Shown one piece after another: positions 1-11,121 of a stretch of 58,083 bases of DNA. Each line of letters begins with the position of its first letter. Positions within the stretch are counted from its first letter, which is position 1. The stretch is from assembly GCA_014240255.1 (NCBI GenBank), contig JAAZXG010000004.1, positions 1 through 58,083 on the forward strand, given 5' to 3'. The translations under genes were made by a program, and so were the position numbers. The notes below the pieces were generated by a model that was given only the letters and a program-made list of their open reading frames with translations, ran no database searches and was not told the origin of the DNA. The stretch comes from Methanobacteriota archaeon. GTDB taxonomy: Archaea; Thermoplasmatota; Poseidoniia; MGIII; CG-Epi1.

Positions 1-79
1 TTTTTGCAAGCTTAACATAGATCTCTGAAAAACACGGAAACCCCTAGAGTTACGCAAAATTCCAGAGATTTATAAATAT

Positions 80-203
80 TAGTATTATTGTTAATATAAT
101 GTGTTTTAGTATAATTGATTAAATAATGTAAATTACTAAATAATAGTAAAAACCATTATTTTAGTATTATTGTTAATATTATATGTTTTAGTATATTTGA
201 TTA
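80..203. repeat. Imperfect 42-nt direct repeat, two copies (80-121 and 162-203), in AT-rich non-coding DNA at the window edge
   Basis: Hand alignment: 'tagtattattgttaatataatgtgttttagtataattgatta' vs 'tagtattattgttaatattatatgttttagtatatttgatta'. 39/42 identical with an 82-nt period. No ORF covers it. Confidence 0.7.
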
Positions 204-224
204 TATTAGCCTTCATACTTAATT

Positions 225-692
225 CTATTTTTCATGCAGTCCAGCAACAGTTTCCGTATCTTTCCACCAATCTTTGTTTCCTTCTTTCTTAGAAATATGT
301 TTTACCCAGTTTCCATTCTTAACGCTGTTTTCTTCTTTGACATATTCTTTACTCCCTATATAGATCCAGGCTTTCTCTGATTCTCCATTTTTTAATTCAA
401 TGTCACGCATTTCTCTATTGTAGGCTGAATTACCGTGGTTTTCAGGATTATATCCTTCTAAATTATCTATTATCTTAGTTATTTTCTCGTAGTCTTCATC
501 ATTAACATACATTAGCATGCCATGAACATTATTTCCTTCAGATTGTAAGATCATAGGATAATGCCCCATATCGAATAATTGGTAATTTTTGATTATGCCA
601 TTTTTTGTATCTGCAATACTATCTTTCCAAAGGTAATAATTTGGTTGATCTGGAATTAAAGTTCCGTAAACAAAGAATGGTAATCTTTCCAT
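225..692 (-). CDS. Gamma-glutamylcyclotransferase-like (AIG2/GGCT fold) protein
   Basis: 155-aa ORF with N-terminal 'FFVYGTL' motif and a size typical of the AIG2/GGCT family. Confidence 0.65.
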   Translation of the reverse strand: MERLPFFVYGTLIPDQPNYYLWKDSIADTKNGIIKNYQLFDMGHYPMILQSEGNNVHGMLMYVNDEDYEKITKIIDNLEGYNPENHGNSAYNREMRDIELKNGESEKAWIYIGSKEYVKEENSVKNGNWVKHISKKEGNKDWWKDTETVAGLHEK

Positions 693-722
693 TAGTAGTC
701 TAACTTATCCTTATTTATAAGG

Positions 723-1004
723 TTGACAAATCAAGAAAATATGGATTGGGTAGAAGGAATTGGATTACTTGCTGGAGTTATTGGCGTTTTGGGATGGTAT
801 CCTCAAGTTAAACGAATTTGGGTTGATAAGAAGGCTGATGGAATTAGTGTGCCATCTTTTACTGCTATTGCAATATCTTTATTTTTATGGTTAGCCTATG
901 GAATTATCAAAAAGTCTATTGCTATAATTATTGCAAATATTTTAGCTTTAACTGTAATTATTGCAATTGCCGTTGGAGCCTATCGTATTCAATCAGCAAA
1001 TTAG
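723..1004 (+). CDS. SemiSWEET / PQ-loop small membrane transporter
   Basis: 93 aa with three hydrophobic helices. 'WYPQVKRIW' PQ motif and downstream 'LWLAYGI'. The track start is TTG; ATG at 741 is an alternative. Confidence 0.6.
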   Translation: MTNQENMDWVEGIGLLAGVIGVLGWYPQVKRIWVDKKADGISVPSFTAIAISLFLWLAYGIIKKSIAIIIANILALTVIIAIAVGAYRIQSAN

Positions 1005-1009
1005 TCTTT

Positions 1010-1651
1010 TCATTTAACTTCAGACTTAGAAACAGTAACAACTCCTGAAGTAGGTTGAGTATTAGGTGGAGCGATATTAACATCTGGATTTTTAGACTTA
1101 GTCGTAACATTATTGCCCATTATTTGGACTATTTCTCCTCGATCGAACCAAAATATAAAACAGGAAGCACACCCATCAATTGTAACAGATTTCTCAAGTT
1201 TCCCTTTAGTTAAATCTTCTCCTACTTCTCCTATAAATCTAGTAAATTGAAATAATGCTCCAATTATAGGAATCCAATCAATAGCTATCTCTCCAGCCAT
1301 TCCTTTTGGATTTTTTGCCATATCTTCGTGTCTAGACATGGTTCTTGATTTTTTATATTCTAAATGTATTTCTTTCATTTTTCTAGAACATTTAGGACAA
1401 TCTAAGGGCCCGTCAGTTGCTGCGTTCAGGAAAGCGAGCAATTCATTTTTTTTCATTTTATTATTTACAGGAATTTTCTTCTTTTCCCATTTTTCAATCT
1501 CATTTTTAGATAACATAATGCCCTTACATTTTTTACAATGTGTACTTTTTCGAATAATATCAAGGCTTCGACCATATTTCAATGGTCCGCAGCCCTTTGG
1601 ACAACTAAGTTTAAGCGAAGGTTCTTCCCCAACTCTAGTAATTTTCACCAT
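1010..1651 (-). CDS. Zinc-ribbon protein (zf-TFIIB-like modules) with a central hydrophobic segment
   Basis: 'CPKGCG...HCKKCKG' and 'CPKCSRKM...IDGCASCFIFWFDRGEI' resemble the CPxC...IDxCxxCxGxWFDxGEL zinc-ribbon family. Its start overlaps the upstream gene stop by 1 nt. Confidence 0.5.
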   Translation of the reverse strand: MVKITRVGEEPSLKLSCPKGCGPLKYGRSLDIIRKSTHCKKCKGIMLSKNEIEKWEKKKIPVNNKMKKNELLAFLNAATDGPLDCPKCSRKMKEIHLEYKKSRTMSRHEDMAKNPKGMAGEIAIDWIPIIGALFQFTRFIGEVGEDLTKGKLEKSVTIDGCASCFIFWFDRGEIVQIMGNNVTTKSKNPDVNIAPPNTQPTSGVVTVSKSEVK

Positions 1652-2496
1652 TAGTTTCCAGGAGGTGGAGGCATTTCGTATTCTCCACTTCGACTCTTTT
1701 TAGTTTCTTCCTCTGAATCTTCTTTTTCAGTTGTTTCATCTTCGGATGTGTCTTTTCTGATATAATCTTCTTGTTCATCCCAACCTTTCTTTTCATAGGA
1801 CGTGAATCCATCATCCTTGTTACTTGTCAAAGGATGATTACTAGATGTATCAAAAGTTTGCGCCTGATTATCTTGTAAAACGAAAGCTAAAATTATTCCT
1901 ATTATCAGAACAACAACGCCACAACAGCATGCTCCTGCTGATCTGAAAAGTGTGCCAAGCATTCCAAAAATCCCCTCAATAAGAAGGTCTAAATCATAAG
2001 CCATTACAATTTCACCACCAGTATTCCATGTATAAGTCCCGTCAGGGCAAGATGTGTCTTTTCTCCAGGTTCTATTATCCTCACTAGACTCTTCCTTACA
2101 CAACCAGCCAACTGCGATCCATCCATCACCAGCTGAGCTTCCATCATCGTCAATATAGTAACAATCAGGATAGAAGGCTTCAGTATTATCCTCATTATGT
2201 ATTAATGTAAATGTTCCAACAAGATTACAGTCATCTTCGGTCAAATTCCAAGTATTATTTCCATGTCTTTCATTAAATCCACCAGAACTTCCACCTTCAT
2301 ATGTGCTCTTTATGTGTATTACAATACCGATTTCACTTTGGTATTCTTTGAGATCCATTTCACCATCAGCACCCTCATAGACTATTCCAGCTTCTAGAGT
2401 ATCTTCAAAATCGGTTCCTAAACTCATAATTTGTACTAAACCAACTATGAGGAGAATAATTCCAACGATAATTGTTCCAATAGGGATTTTATTCAT
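1651..2496 (-). CDS. Hypothetical bitopic membrane protein with a Cys-containing ectodomain and acidic C-terminal tail
   Basis: N-terminal TM 'IIVGIILLIVGLVQI', a second TM 'CCCGVVVLIIGIILAFVL', and an acidic Glu/Asp/Thr-rich tail. No family recognised. Confidence 0.45.
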   Translation of the reverse strand: MNKIPIGTIIVGIILLIVGLVQIMSLGTDFEDTLEAGIVYEGADGEMDLKEYQSEIGIVIHIKSTYEGGSSGGFNERHGNNTWNLTEDDCNLVGTFTLIHNEDNTEAFYPDCYYIDDDGSSAGDGWIAVGWLCKEESSEDNRTWRKDTSCPDGTYTWNTGGEIVMAYDLDLLIEGIFGMLGTLFRSAGACCCGVVVLIIGIILAFVLQDNQAQTFDTSSNHPLTSNKDDGFTSYEKKGWDEQEDYIRKDTSEDETTEKEDSEEETKKSRSGEYEMPPPPGN

Positions 2497-2548
2497 ATTC
2501 GTTCATATTATTGGCGTATATAAGCTATTTTCAAAATATTTTTTTGGT

Positions 2549-2860
2549 CTATAGTATGTTATTATCTTTCATTATCTTTTCCAAATAGCCTTTGTTGATG
2601 TAAATTGTAGCCCAAAGAACTAAGATTCCTGAACCAAGAAAGGTTCCTCCAATCTTTCTCTTTTGCAAACATTCATCTCTGTCTATTATAGATCCCAAAT
2701 CCATATACTGTTGGCAGTTATCAATAACATAAGTTTTATTGTTCAAATGCGAAGTGTAGTCATCAGCTGTTGCACTATTCCAAAAAGCTAAACCAAATAC
2801 TAAGAATGATAAACCTAAAGTAATTCCTATGATGGTTTTCCAATATTCGGTAATATTCAC
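2549..2860 (-). CDS. Hypothetical small membrane protein
   Basis: 103 aa with TM helices at both ends. First gene of the minus-strand cluster 2860->1010. Confidence 0.4.
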   Translation of the reverse strand: MNITEYWKTIIGITLGLSFLVFGLAFWNSATADDYTSHLNNKTYVIDNCQQYMDLGSIIDRDECLQKRKIGGTFLGSGILVLWATIYINKGYLEKIMKDNNIL

Positions 2861-3226
2861 AATTACTAGAAAAGGAGGCCCTTAATTATTTTTTCTATTA
2901 TACTTATCGATAATTTTAAAATGTTATAAAAAATGAACATAGATTTCCTCGTTTATTTATTTTTTGATTAGAATATATATGCTAAAATTGGCAAGACAAT
3001 AAGTTCCCAAGGCAAAAAGACAACGGCAAATTTTAGGTATCCTAACATAGTACAAACTATAAAACATAATATATAAAGTTAACGGTAAAAGGATTATATT
3101 ATTTTTTTAGTTAATAGAGGATATATTATCAAATGTTCTACTATAGCTAAAAAACCTAAAAAGGTGGGACACAAAATTAACTTGTTTTGAGCATAAATTC
3201 ATAACATAGTAGGTTCAAGGGGTATT

Positions 3227-4168
3227 GTGAGTAGTGGTCATTGCCTTGTTGTTGGAGCAGGTGTCAGTGGTTTATCTTCAGCTATTCGTCTTTTGGAAAA
3301 TGGTTGGCAGGTGACAATATGGTCCTCTGATTTTTCACCAAATACTACTTCTGATATTGCTGCAGCATTATGGTATCCTTTTTTATCAGCTCCAGTTGAA
3401 AAAACAAATATCTGGGGTTCTGAAACATATGATGTACTCAAGGTGCTTTCACGTTTTCCACAGACGGGAGTTTCTATGACACAAACTTATGAATATTTTA
3501 GAGAGGAACAATCAGACCCTGTTTGGAAAGAATCTGTAGATGGTTTCAAAAGGTTAAATGAGGGTTTACCTGAAAAGTATGTCGAATGTTTTTCTTTCAT
3601 TACACCCGTTATTGAAATGCCGATTTATCTTCAATGGCTTATGCGGCGTTATGAAGAACTTGGTGGAAATAAGAGGATAAAGAAGGTTGATAGTTTTTCA
3701 AATATAAGTGATGAGTATAGTTTGATTGTTAATTGTACTGGTCTTGAATCTAGAGCTTTGGTGAATGATGATGAGGTGTATCCAGTGAGGGGGCAAATAA
3801 TACGCGTTAAAACAAATATTAAAGAAATGCATTTAGATCAACAAATTTCGACTTTAGCTTACATAGTACCTAGGAGCAGTGACATGATTCTTGGGGGTGT
3901 AGCTCAAAGTAATGATTGGAGTTTAGATAGCAGAATAGAAGATAGAGATTATATTCTTGAAAAATGTACTAAGCTAATACCAGAGTTAAAGAATGCTGAG
4001 ATAATAGAAGACATGGTAGGATTACGTCCTGGAAGGAGCGAAGTTAGGCTTGAAAAAGAAATATTACTTGGAAGACCTATGATACATAATTATGGTCATG
4101 GAGGTTCAGGAGTTACACTTTCTTGGGGCTGTGCAGATGATGTAGTGGAGTTAGCAAATGAATCATAG
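3227..4168 (+). CDS. D-amino-acid oxidase (FAD-dependent, eukaryote-type DAAO family)
   Basis: Rossmann motif 'VVGAGVSGLSSA'. 'IAAALWYPF', 'IVNCTGL', 'VRGQIIRVK', 'GLRPGR' and the signature 'HNYGHGGSGVTLSWGCA' align along the whole length with human DAAO as I remember it. GTG start. Confidence 0.85.
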   Translation: MSSGHCLVVGAGVSGLSSAIRLLENGWQVTIWSSDFSPNTTSDIAAALWYPFLSAPVEKTNIWGSETYDVLKVLSRFPQTGVSMTQTYEYFREEQSDPVWKESVDGFKRLNEGLPEKYVECFSFITPVIEMPIYLQWLMRRYEELGGNKRIKKVDSFSNISDEYSLIVNCTGLESRALVNDDEVYPVRGQIIRVKTNIKEMHLDQQISTLAYIVPRSSDMILGGVAQSNDWSLDSRIEDRDYILEKCTKLIPELKNAEIIEDMVGLRPGRSEVRLEKEILLGRPMIHNYGHGGSGVTLSWGCADDVVELANES

Positions 4169-5075
4169 TTTTGGAACTCATGATTATTTAGAAGATCCAC
4201 GAAATTCCGAAATTTCAATATATATTAATGGTAAATATTATCCAAGACAGGATGCTTCAATATCTGTTTTTGATAGTGGTTTTTTACTTGGAGATGGTGT
4301 TTGGGAAGGCATTAGATTGCACAATGGTAAATTTGCCTTTTTAGATAAACATCTTGAAAGATTATTCTGGGGAGCTTCACAGATTGATATGGATATTGAG
4401 AAAAATTTGGATGAAATTAAAGATATACTGTATGATACTGTAAAATATAATAAAATGAAAGATGGAGTTCATGTTAGATTAATAATTTCTAGAGGGATAA
4501 AATCAACTCCTTATCAGGATCCTAAATTCACAATATCAGGACCTACAATTGTAGTAATTCCGGAATACAAACAACCAAATCCTGAAACTATAGAACATGG
4601 AATTAAGCTTGTTTCAGTAGATGTTATTCGGGGTTCTCCAGATATGCAAGACCATAGAGTTAACAGTTTGAGTAAATTTAACTGTATCCAAGCTTGTATT
4701 GATGCTAAAAGGAAAGGTGGTGATGAGGGTATAATGTTAGATCCACATGGATACGTTTCAACATGTAATTCTACTCATTTTTTTATCGTTAAAGATGGAG
4801 CTGTCTGGACTTCTACTGGTGAATATTGTTTGGGAGGAGTTACGAGGAAAAATATTATTGGTATTTGTAATGATAATTCCATTCCACTTTACGAGAAAAA
4901 TTTCACATTATCTGAAGTTTATGATGCCGATGAGGCTTTTGTAACTGGAACATTTGCAGGTGTTTTGCCTGTTTATGAGATTGATGATCATGAATTAAAT
5001 GTGTTAGGTTCGAATTCAGTAGTTAAGCTAATCCAATCATACTATAATGATTTGGTATCAAAGGTATGTCTCTAA
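4158..5075 (+). CDS. Class IV (fold type IV) aminotransferase, D-amino-acid / branched-chain type
   Basis: 'SVFDSGFLLGDGVWEGIRLHNGKFAFLDKHLERL' and 'DEAFVTGT' are typical of Aminotran_4. The start overlaps the DAAO stop by 11 nt. Confidence 0.8.
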   Translation: MNHSFGTHDYLEDPRNSEISIYINGKYYPRQDASISVFDSGFLLGDGVWEGIRLHNGKFAFLDKHLERLFWGASQIDMDIEKNLDEIKDILYDTVKYNKMKDGVHVRLIISRGIKSTPYQDPKFTISGPTIVVIPEYKQPNPETIEHGIKLVSVDVIRGSPDMQDHRVNSLSKFNCIQACIDAKRKGGDEGIMLDPHGYVSTCNSTHFFIVKDGAVWTSTGEYCLGGVTRKNIIGICNDNSIPLYEKNFTLSEVYDADEAFVTGTFAGVLPVYEIDDHELNVLGSNSVVKLIQSYYNDLVSKVCL

Positions 5076-5797
5076 TGATTCGTGTTGCGATGTGGTCTGG
5101 ACCTCGCAATATCTCGACTGCAATGATGAGATCATGGGAAAATAGGTCCGATACTTTTGTAATTGATGAACCCTTTTATGCTCACTATTTGAGCCGAAAT
5201 AATATAGAACATCCTGGTCGCGATGAAGTTCTATCAAATGGTGAAATTGATTCCGCTAAAGTTTCACATGGATTAGTTAACGATATTAGTGATTCACATA
5301 AAATATATTATCAAAAACATATGACGCATCATCTTTTAGACAGTGTGAATCGTGATTGGATTGAAAAAGTAATTAATTGTTTTTTGATAAGAAATCCTAA
5401 AGATATGATTATCTCATATAGTAAAATTCATTCAGAGATAACAAGTGATCTTTTAGGATTAGAACAGCAAAAAGAAATATTTGATTATGTTAGACAATTG
5501 ACGGGAAAGACACCACCTATAATTGATTCAAAAGATGTTCTAATAAATCCGGAGTATATTCTCAGTAAGTTTTGTGAGATTATTGGAGTAAATTTTTCTA
5601 ATGAAATGTTGAATTGGCCTAAAGGTACACGAGATACAGATGGTGTTTGGGGGAAATATTGGTATGATGGCGTAATAAATTCCACAGGTTTTAATCAATA
5701 TGTTTCTAAGAATCAAGAAGTTCCAGATAAATACAAAGCTATCTATGAGGATTCTTTGAAACTTTATGAAGACCTCCATTATTTAAGAATAAGATAA
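5066..5797 (+). CDS. Sulfotransferase-like P-loop-fold protein (family assignment tentative)
   Basis: 'MWSGPRNISTAMMRSW...DEPFYAHYL' resembles a marine-microbe family that I recall being annotated as sulfotransferase family protein. It overlaps the upstream stop by 10 nt. Confidence 0.45.
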   Translation: MSLMIRVAMWSGPRNISTAMMRSWENRSDTFVIDEPFYAHYLSRNNIEHPGRDEVLSNGEIDSAKVSHGLVNDISDSHKIYYQKHMTHHLLDSVNRDWIEKVINCFLIRNPKDMIISYSKIHSEITSDLLGLEQQKEIFDYVRQLTGKTPPIIDSKDVLINPEYILSKFCEIIGVNFSNEMLNWPKGTRDTDGVWGKYWYDGVINSTGFNQYVSKNQEVPDKYKAIYEDSLKLYEDLHYLRIR

Positions 5798-5799
5798 TT

Positions 5800-6789
5800 A
5801 TGAGTAAAATAACTTTTAAACCTCTTTATTTTTTAAGTTTGGTTATTCCTTTTTCAGCAATATTTGGGAATTATATGGGTGATTTCTATGTAGGGACCTC
5901 GCTCTTCTTTGGTTTGGTTATTTTCCCACTTCTTGATTTATTATGGGGTAAGGGATTAGATGAGAATTCAGAGGGTGCAAGCCCAATTTTCTTTGATTTT
6001 ATTTTGTATTGCCATGTATTCTTACAATTCATCTCTTTAGGTACTTTTTTTTATTTTGTCATATCAGATCCAGGAATATATTTATTGATTTTAGCAACAT
6101 TGTCTACTGGTTTGAGTACTGGCATTTCTGGAATAGTAGTGGCTCATGAGTTAATTCATCGTAAAGGTATTCCAAAATATAGTGGATATTTGCTTCTTTG
6201 GACTGCAACATATATGCATTTTGAAAGTGAACATGTACAGGGTCATCACAAATATGTAGGTACCGATTTAGATCCAGCTTCAGCTAGAGCCAATGAAGGG
6301 TTGCAATACTTCTTTTTACGGACAGTACCACAGCAATTTATTTCTTCATGGAAGATTGCATCAAAGCGTAGTAATTCTTTATTTTTTAATCAGGCTTCAC
6401 TATTTCTTTTAATTGAGATTTCTACCCTAATAGGATTATATCTATTTCTTGGTGATCGGCTTCTATATGCTTTTCTTGGTCAATGTACGGTAGCAATATA
6501 TTTATTGGAATATGTAAATTATATTAGACATTGGGGACTACGAAGAGAGGCTAAAGATAGAATAACTCCGCAGACAAGTTGGCAGTCAAATGCACGTCTT
6601 AGTCGTTACGTGTTGGTAGAATTAACTAGACATGCAGATCATCATCTGTTCGCAAATAGGCCATATCAATCACTTAGATCCTATGATGATGCACCAAATT
6701 TACCTACTGGTTATTTTGGTTGTTTTTATTTAGCCTTATTTCCACCTATTTGGAAGAGAGTAATGTCTAATTATTTACCTGCTAAATAG
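5800..6789 (+). CDS. alkB: AlkB-like integral-membrane di-iron hydroxylase (alkane 1-monooxygenase / fatty-acid desaturase superfamily)
   Basis: All four AlkB motifs are present in order: 'HELIHR', 'EHVQGHH', 'NYIRHWGL', 'RHADHH...RPYQSLR'. There are multiple N-terminal TM helices. Confidence 0.7.
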   Translation: MSKITFKPLYFLSLVIPFSAIFGNYMGDFYVGTSLFFGLVIFPLLDLLWGKGLDENSEGASPIFFDFILYCHVFLQFISLGTFFYFVISDPGIYLLILATLSTGLSTGISGIVVAHELIHRKGIPKYSGYLLLWTATYMHFESEHVQGHHKYVGTDLDPASARANEGLQYFFLRTVPQQFISSWKIASKRSNSLFFNQASLFLLIEISTLIGLYLFLGDRLLYAFLGQCTVAIYLLEYVNYIRHWGLRREAKDRITPQTSWQSNARLSRYVLVELTRHADHHLFANRPYQSLRSYDDAPNLPTGYFGCFYLALFPPIWKRVMSNYLPAK

Positions 6790-6818
6790 TTAATTATATC
6801 GGCCACTAATGATATGAT

Positions 6819-8156
6819 ATGGGAAAGTCAGTAACTGATGTAAATATTAGAAAATACCGTAAGGATTTCAATTCTAGTTTAACAGCTAAAGTATCAATGA
6901 ATGCTGCAACTCGCACAGATGTTAGGAAGGTAGCAATGAACTGGGAAGCTTTTAGGGATATAGATCATACTTTCTCGGATAAAGTTTCAGGTGAAATGAA
7001 GGCCACGAGTCAAATGCGTAGTGGGCGATGCTGGGGTTTTGCAGGACTAAATTTATTGAGGATTTATTTAGGTCGTAAATATAAGTTAAAGAATTTTGAA
7101 TTTTCACAAAACTATTTTATGTTTTTTGATAAACTTGAAAAATCTAATTATTTTTTAGAAAATATTATTGAGACTGCAGATAAAGAAGCTGGTGAAAGAT
7201 TGGTAATGCATCTTCTTGATAGCCCTATACAGGACGGAGGACAGTGGGATATGTTCGTTAATCTTTTGATGAAGTATGGGACAGTTCCAAAGAAAGCTAT
7301 GGCTGAGAGTTATCACAGTAGCCATTCAGCTCAAATGAATAAATTGATAACAAGAAAATTAAGAGAATTTGCAATGGAATTACGTAAAGCCCATGGAAAA
7401 GGAACTACAGCGGCAGCCTTACGGAAAATGAAGGATAAGCAGATGTCTACAATTTATCAAATGTTATGCATAACTTTGGGTACACCTCCTGAAAAATTTG
7501 ATTGGTCTATCCGTAATAAGAAGGATAAATTTCAACGATTTACAGATTTAACACCTAATACATTTTACAAGGAACATGTCGGCATTAATTTAGATGATTT
7601 TGTCTGCTTGATTAATGACCCACGTAGTTTTGCAGAATATAATAAAACATATACTGTAGAATATTTGGGAAATGTATCTGGCGGTAATATTATTAGATAT
7701 TTAAATTTACAAACAGAAGAGTTAAAGAAATATACAATTAAATCAATTAAAGCTGATGATCCCGTATGGTTTGGTTGTGATGTTGGTAAGTTCTTTACTA
7801 GAGAATATGGGGTAATGGATACAAATTTATTCGAATTTGATAAATTCTTTGATACGAGTTTTAATATGAATAAGGCTGAGAGATTAGATTATGGTGATAG
7901 TGTGATGACTCATGCTATGCTTTTCACAGGCGTAGATCTTAAAAATAAAATGCCTGTAAAATGGCGTGTTGAGAATAGTTGGGGTGCAGACCATGGTGAA
8001 AAAGGATTTGATATAATGACTGATCCATGGTTTGATCAATTTATGTATGAAGTTGTTGTGCATAAAAAACATTTACCAAAGAAAATAATATCTCAATATA
8101 ATGCTGAGCCTATAGGACTTCCTCCGTGGGATCCAATGGGTTCTTTGGCAAGATAG
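6819..8156 (+). CDS. pepC: Aminopeptidase C / bleomycin hydrolase (peptidase family C1B)
   Basis: Active-site 'QMRSGRCWGFAGLN', later 'MTHAMLFTGV' (His) and 'WRVENSWG'. Length 445 aa. Confidence 0.85.
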   Translation: MGKSVTDVNIRKYRKDFNSSLTAKVSMNAATRTDVRKVAMNWEAFRDIDHTFSDKVSGEMKATSQMRSGRCWGFAGLNLLRIYLGRKYKLKNFEFSQNYFMFFDKLEKSNYFLENIIETADKEAGERLVMHLLDSPIQDGGQWDMFVNLLMKYGTVPKKAMAESYHSSHSAQMNKLITRKLREFAMELRKAHGKGTTAAALRKMKDKQMSTIYQMLCITLGTPPEKFDWSIRNKKDKFQRFTDLTPNTFYKEHVGINLDDFVCLINDPRSFAEYNKTYTVEYLGNVSGGNIIRYLNLQTEELKKYTIKSIKADDPVWFGCDVGKFFTREYGVMDTNLFEFDKFFDTSFNMNKAERLDYGDSVMTHAMLFTGVDLKNKMPVKWRVENSWGADHGEKGFDIMTDPWFDQFMYEVVVHKKHLPKKIISQYNAEPIGLPPWDPMGSLAR

Positions 8157-8192
8157 CTTTAGTTTTTAAAATCCTTGTAAAACTACAGATAT

Positions 8193-8200
8193 CTTTATAG
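8193..8200 (+). promoter_or_regulatory. Candidate TATA box for gdhA
   Basis: 'ctttatag' is centred ~31 nt upstream of the ATG at 8227, with no obvious SD between them. Confidence 0.35.
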
Positions 8201-8220
8201 ACTAAGTTCTATCAAACTAG

Positions 8221-10462
<2,242 letters not shown>

Positions 10463-10481
<19 letters not shown>

Positions 10482-11086
10482 CGTTTTGAAACTTCAGCCC
10501 AATTGACAACATTAAAGAATGCAGTGATGTAGTCAGCTCTTAGATTCTGATAATTTAGATAATAGGCATGTTCCCAAACATCTATACCTAGAATTGGTAT
10601 TTCTCCGTCAGTACCACCATATTTATTTCCCATTAGAGGATTGTCCTGATTTGCTGTAGAACATATTTCTAGTTTACCATTATTAGAACATAACCATGCC
10701 CAACCAGAACCAAATCGTGTCATTCCTGCATTTTGAAATTTAGCTTTAAAATCATCTAATGATCCAAAAGCTTCTAACAATGCAGTATTCAATTCTGAGC
10801 TCATTTCACCATTAACAGGACTCATGATTTCCCAGAACATAGAGTGGTTGAAGTGTCCACCACCATGGTTTCGCACTGCTCCACGTTGAGCTTCAGGAAT
10901 TAAGTCTAGATCAATAATTAATTCTTTTACAGATTTCCCATCAATTCCTGCAGCTTCTATTGCACCATTTAGCATGTTCACGTATGCAGCATGATGTTTG
11001 TCATGATGTATTCGCATAGTTTCTTCATCTATGTAAGGTTCAAGAGCGCTGTAGTCGTAAGGTAAATCAGGTACTTCAAATGCCAT
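10463..11086 (-). CDS. sod: Fe/Mn superoxide dismutase
   Basis: '[13 protein letters not shown]...HHDKHH', 'DVWEHAYYL'. 207 aa. Confidence 0.95.
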
Positions 11087-11121
11087 ATTTCATCCCAGAA
11101 GATGGATAATAATAAAGTTCT

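Noticed and set aside
30-60. Origin-recognition-box-like 'cacggaaacccc' near the direct repeats (possible replication origin)
   Set aside because: It is a single weak partial match with no inverted ORB pair and no adjacent orc1/cdc6 gene visible. The support is insufficient.
80-203. CRISPR array
   Set aside because: There are only two imperfect AT-rich copies, no regular repeat-spacer series and no cas genes in the window.
1338-1703. 121-aa plus-strand ORF
   Set aside because: It lies entirely antisense to the zinc-ribbon gene and the end of its neighbour. Its composition is low-complexity and Phe/Leu-rich, typical of the reverse frame of an AT-rich CDS.
2957-3067. 36-aa hydrophobic minus-strand ORF (MFYSLYYVRIPKICRCLFALGTYCLANFSIYILIKK) in the 366-nt intergenic region
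   Set aside because: A short ORF of this kind is expected by chance in AT-rich DNA. There is no SD or promoter evidence and no recognisable family.
3043-3212. Recurring 8-mer 'taacatag' (also near position 13)
   Set aside because: Three occurrences of an AT-rich 8-mer in 58 kb of AT-rich sequence are close to chance expectation.
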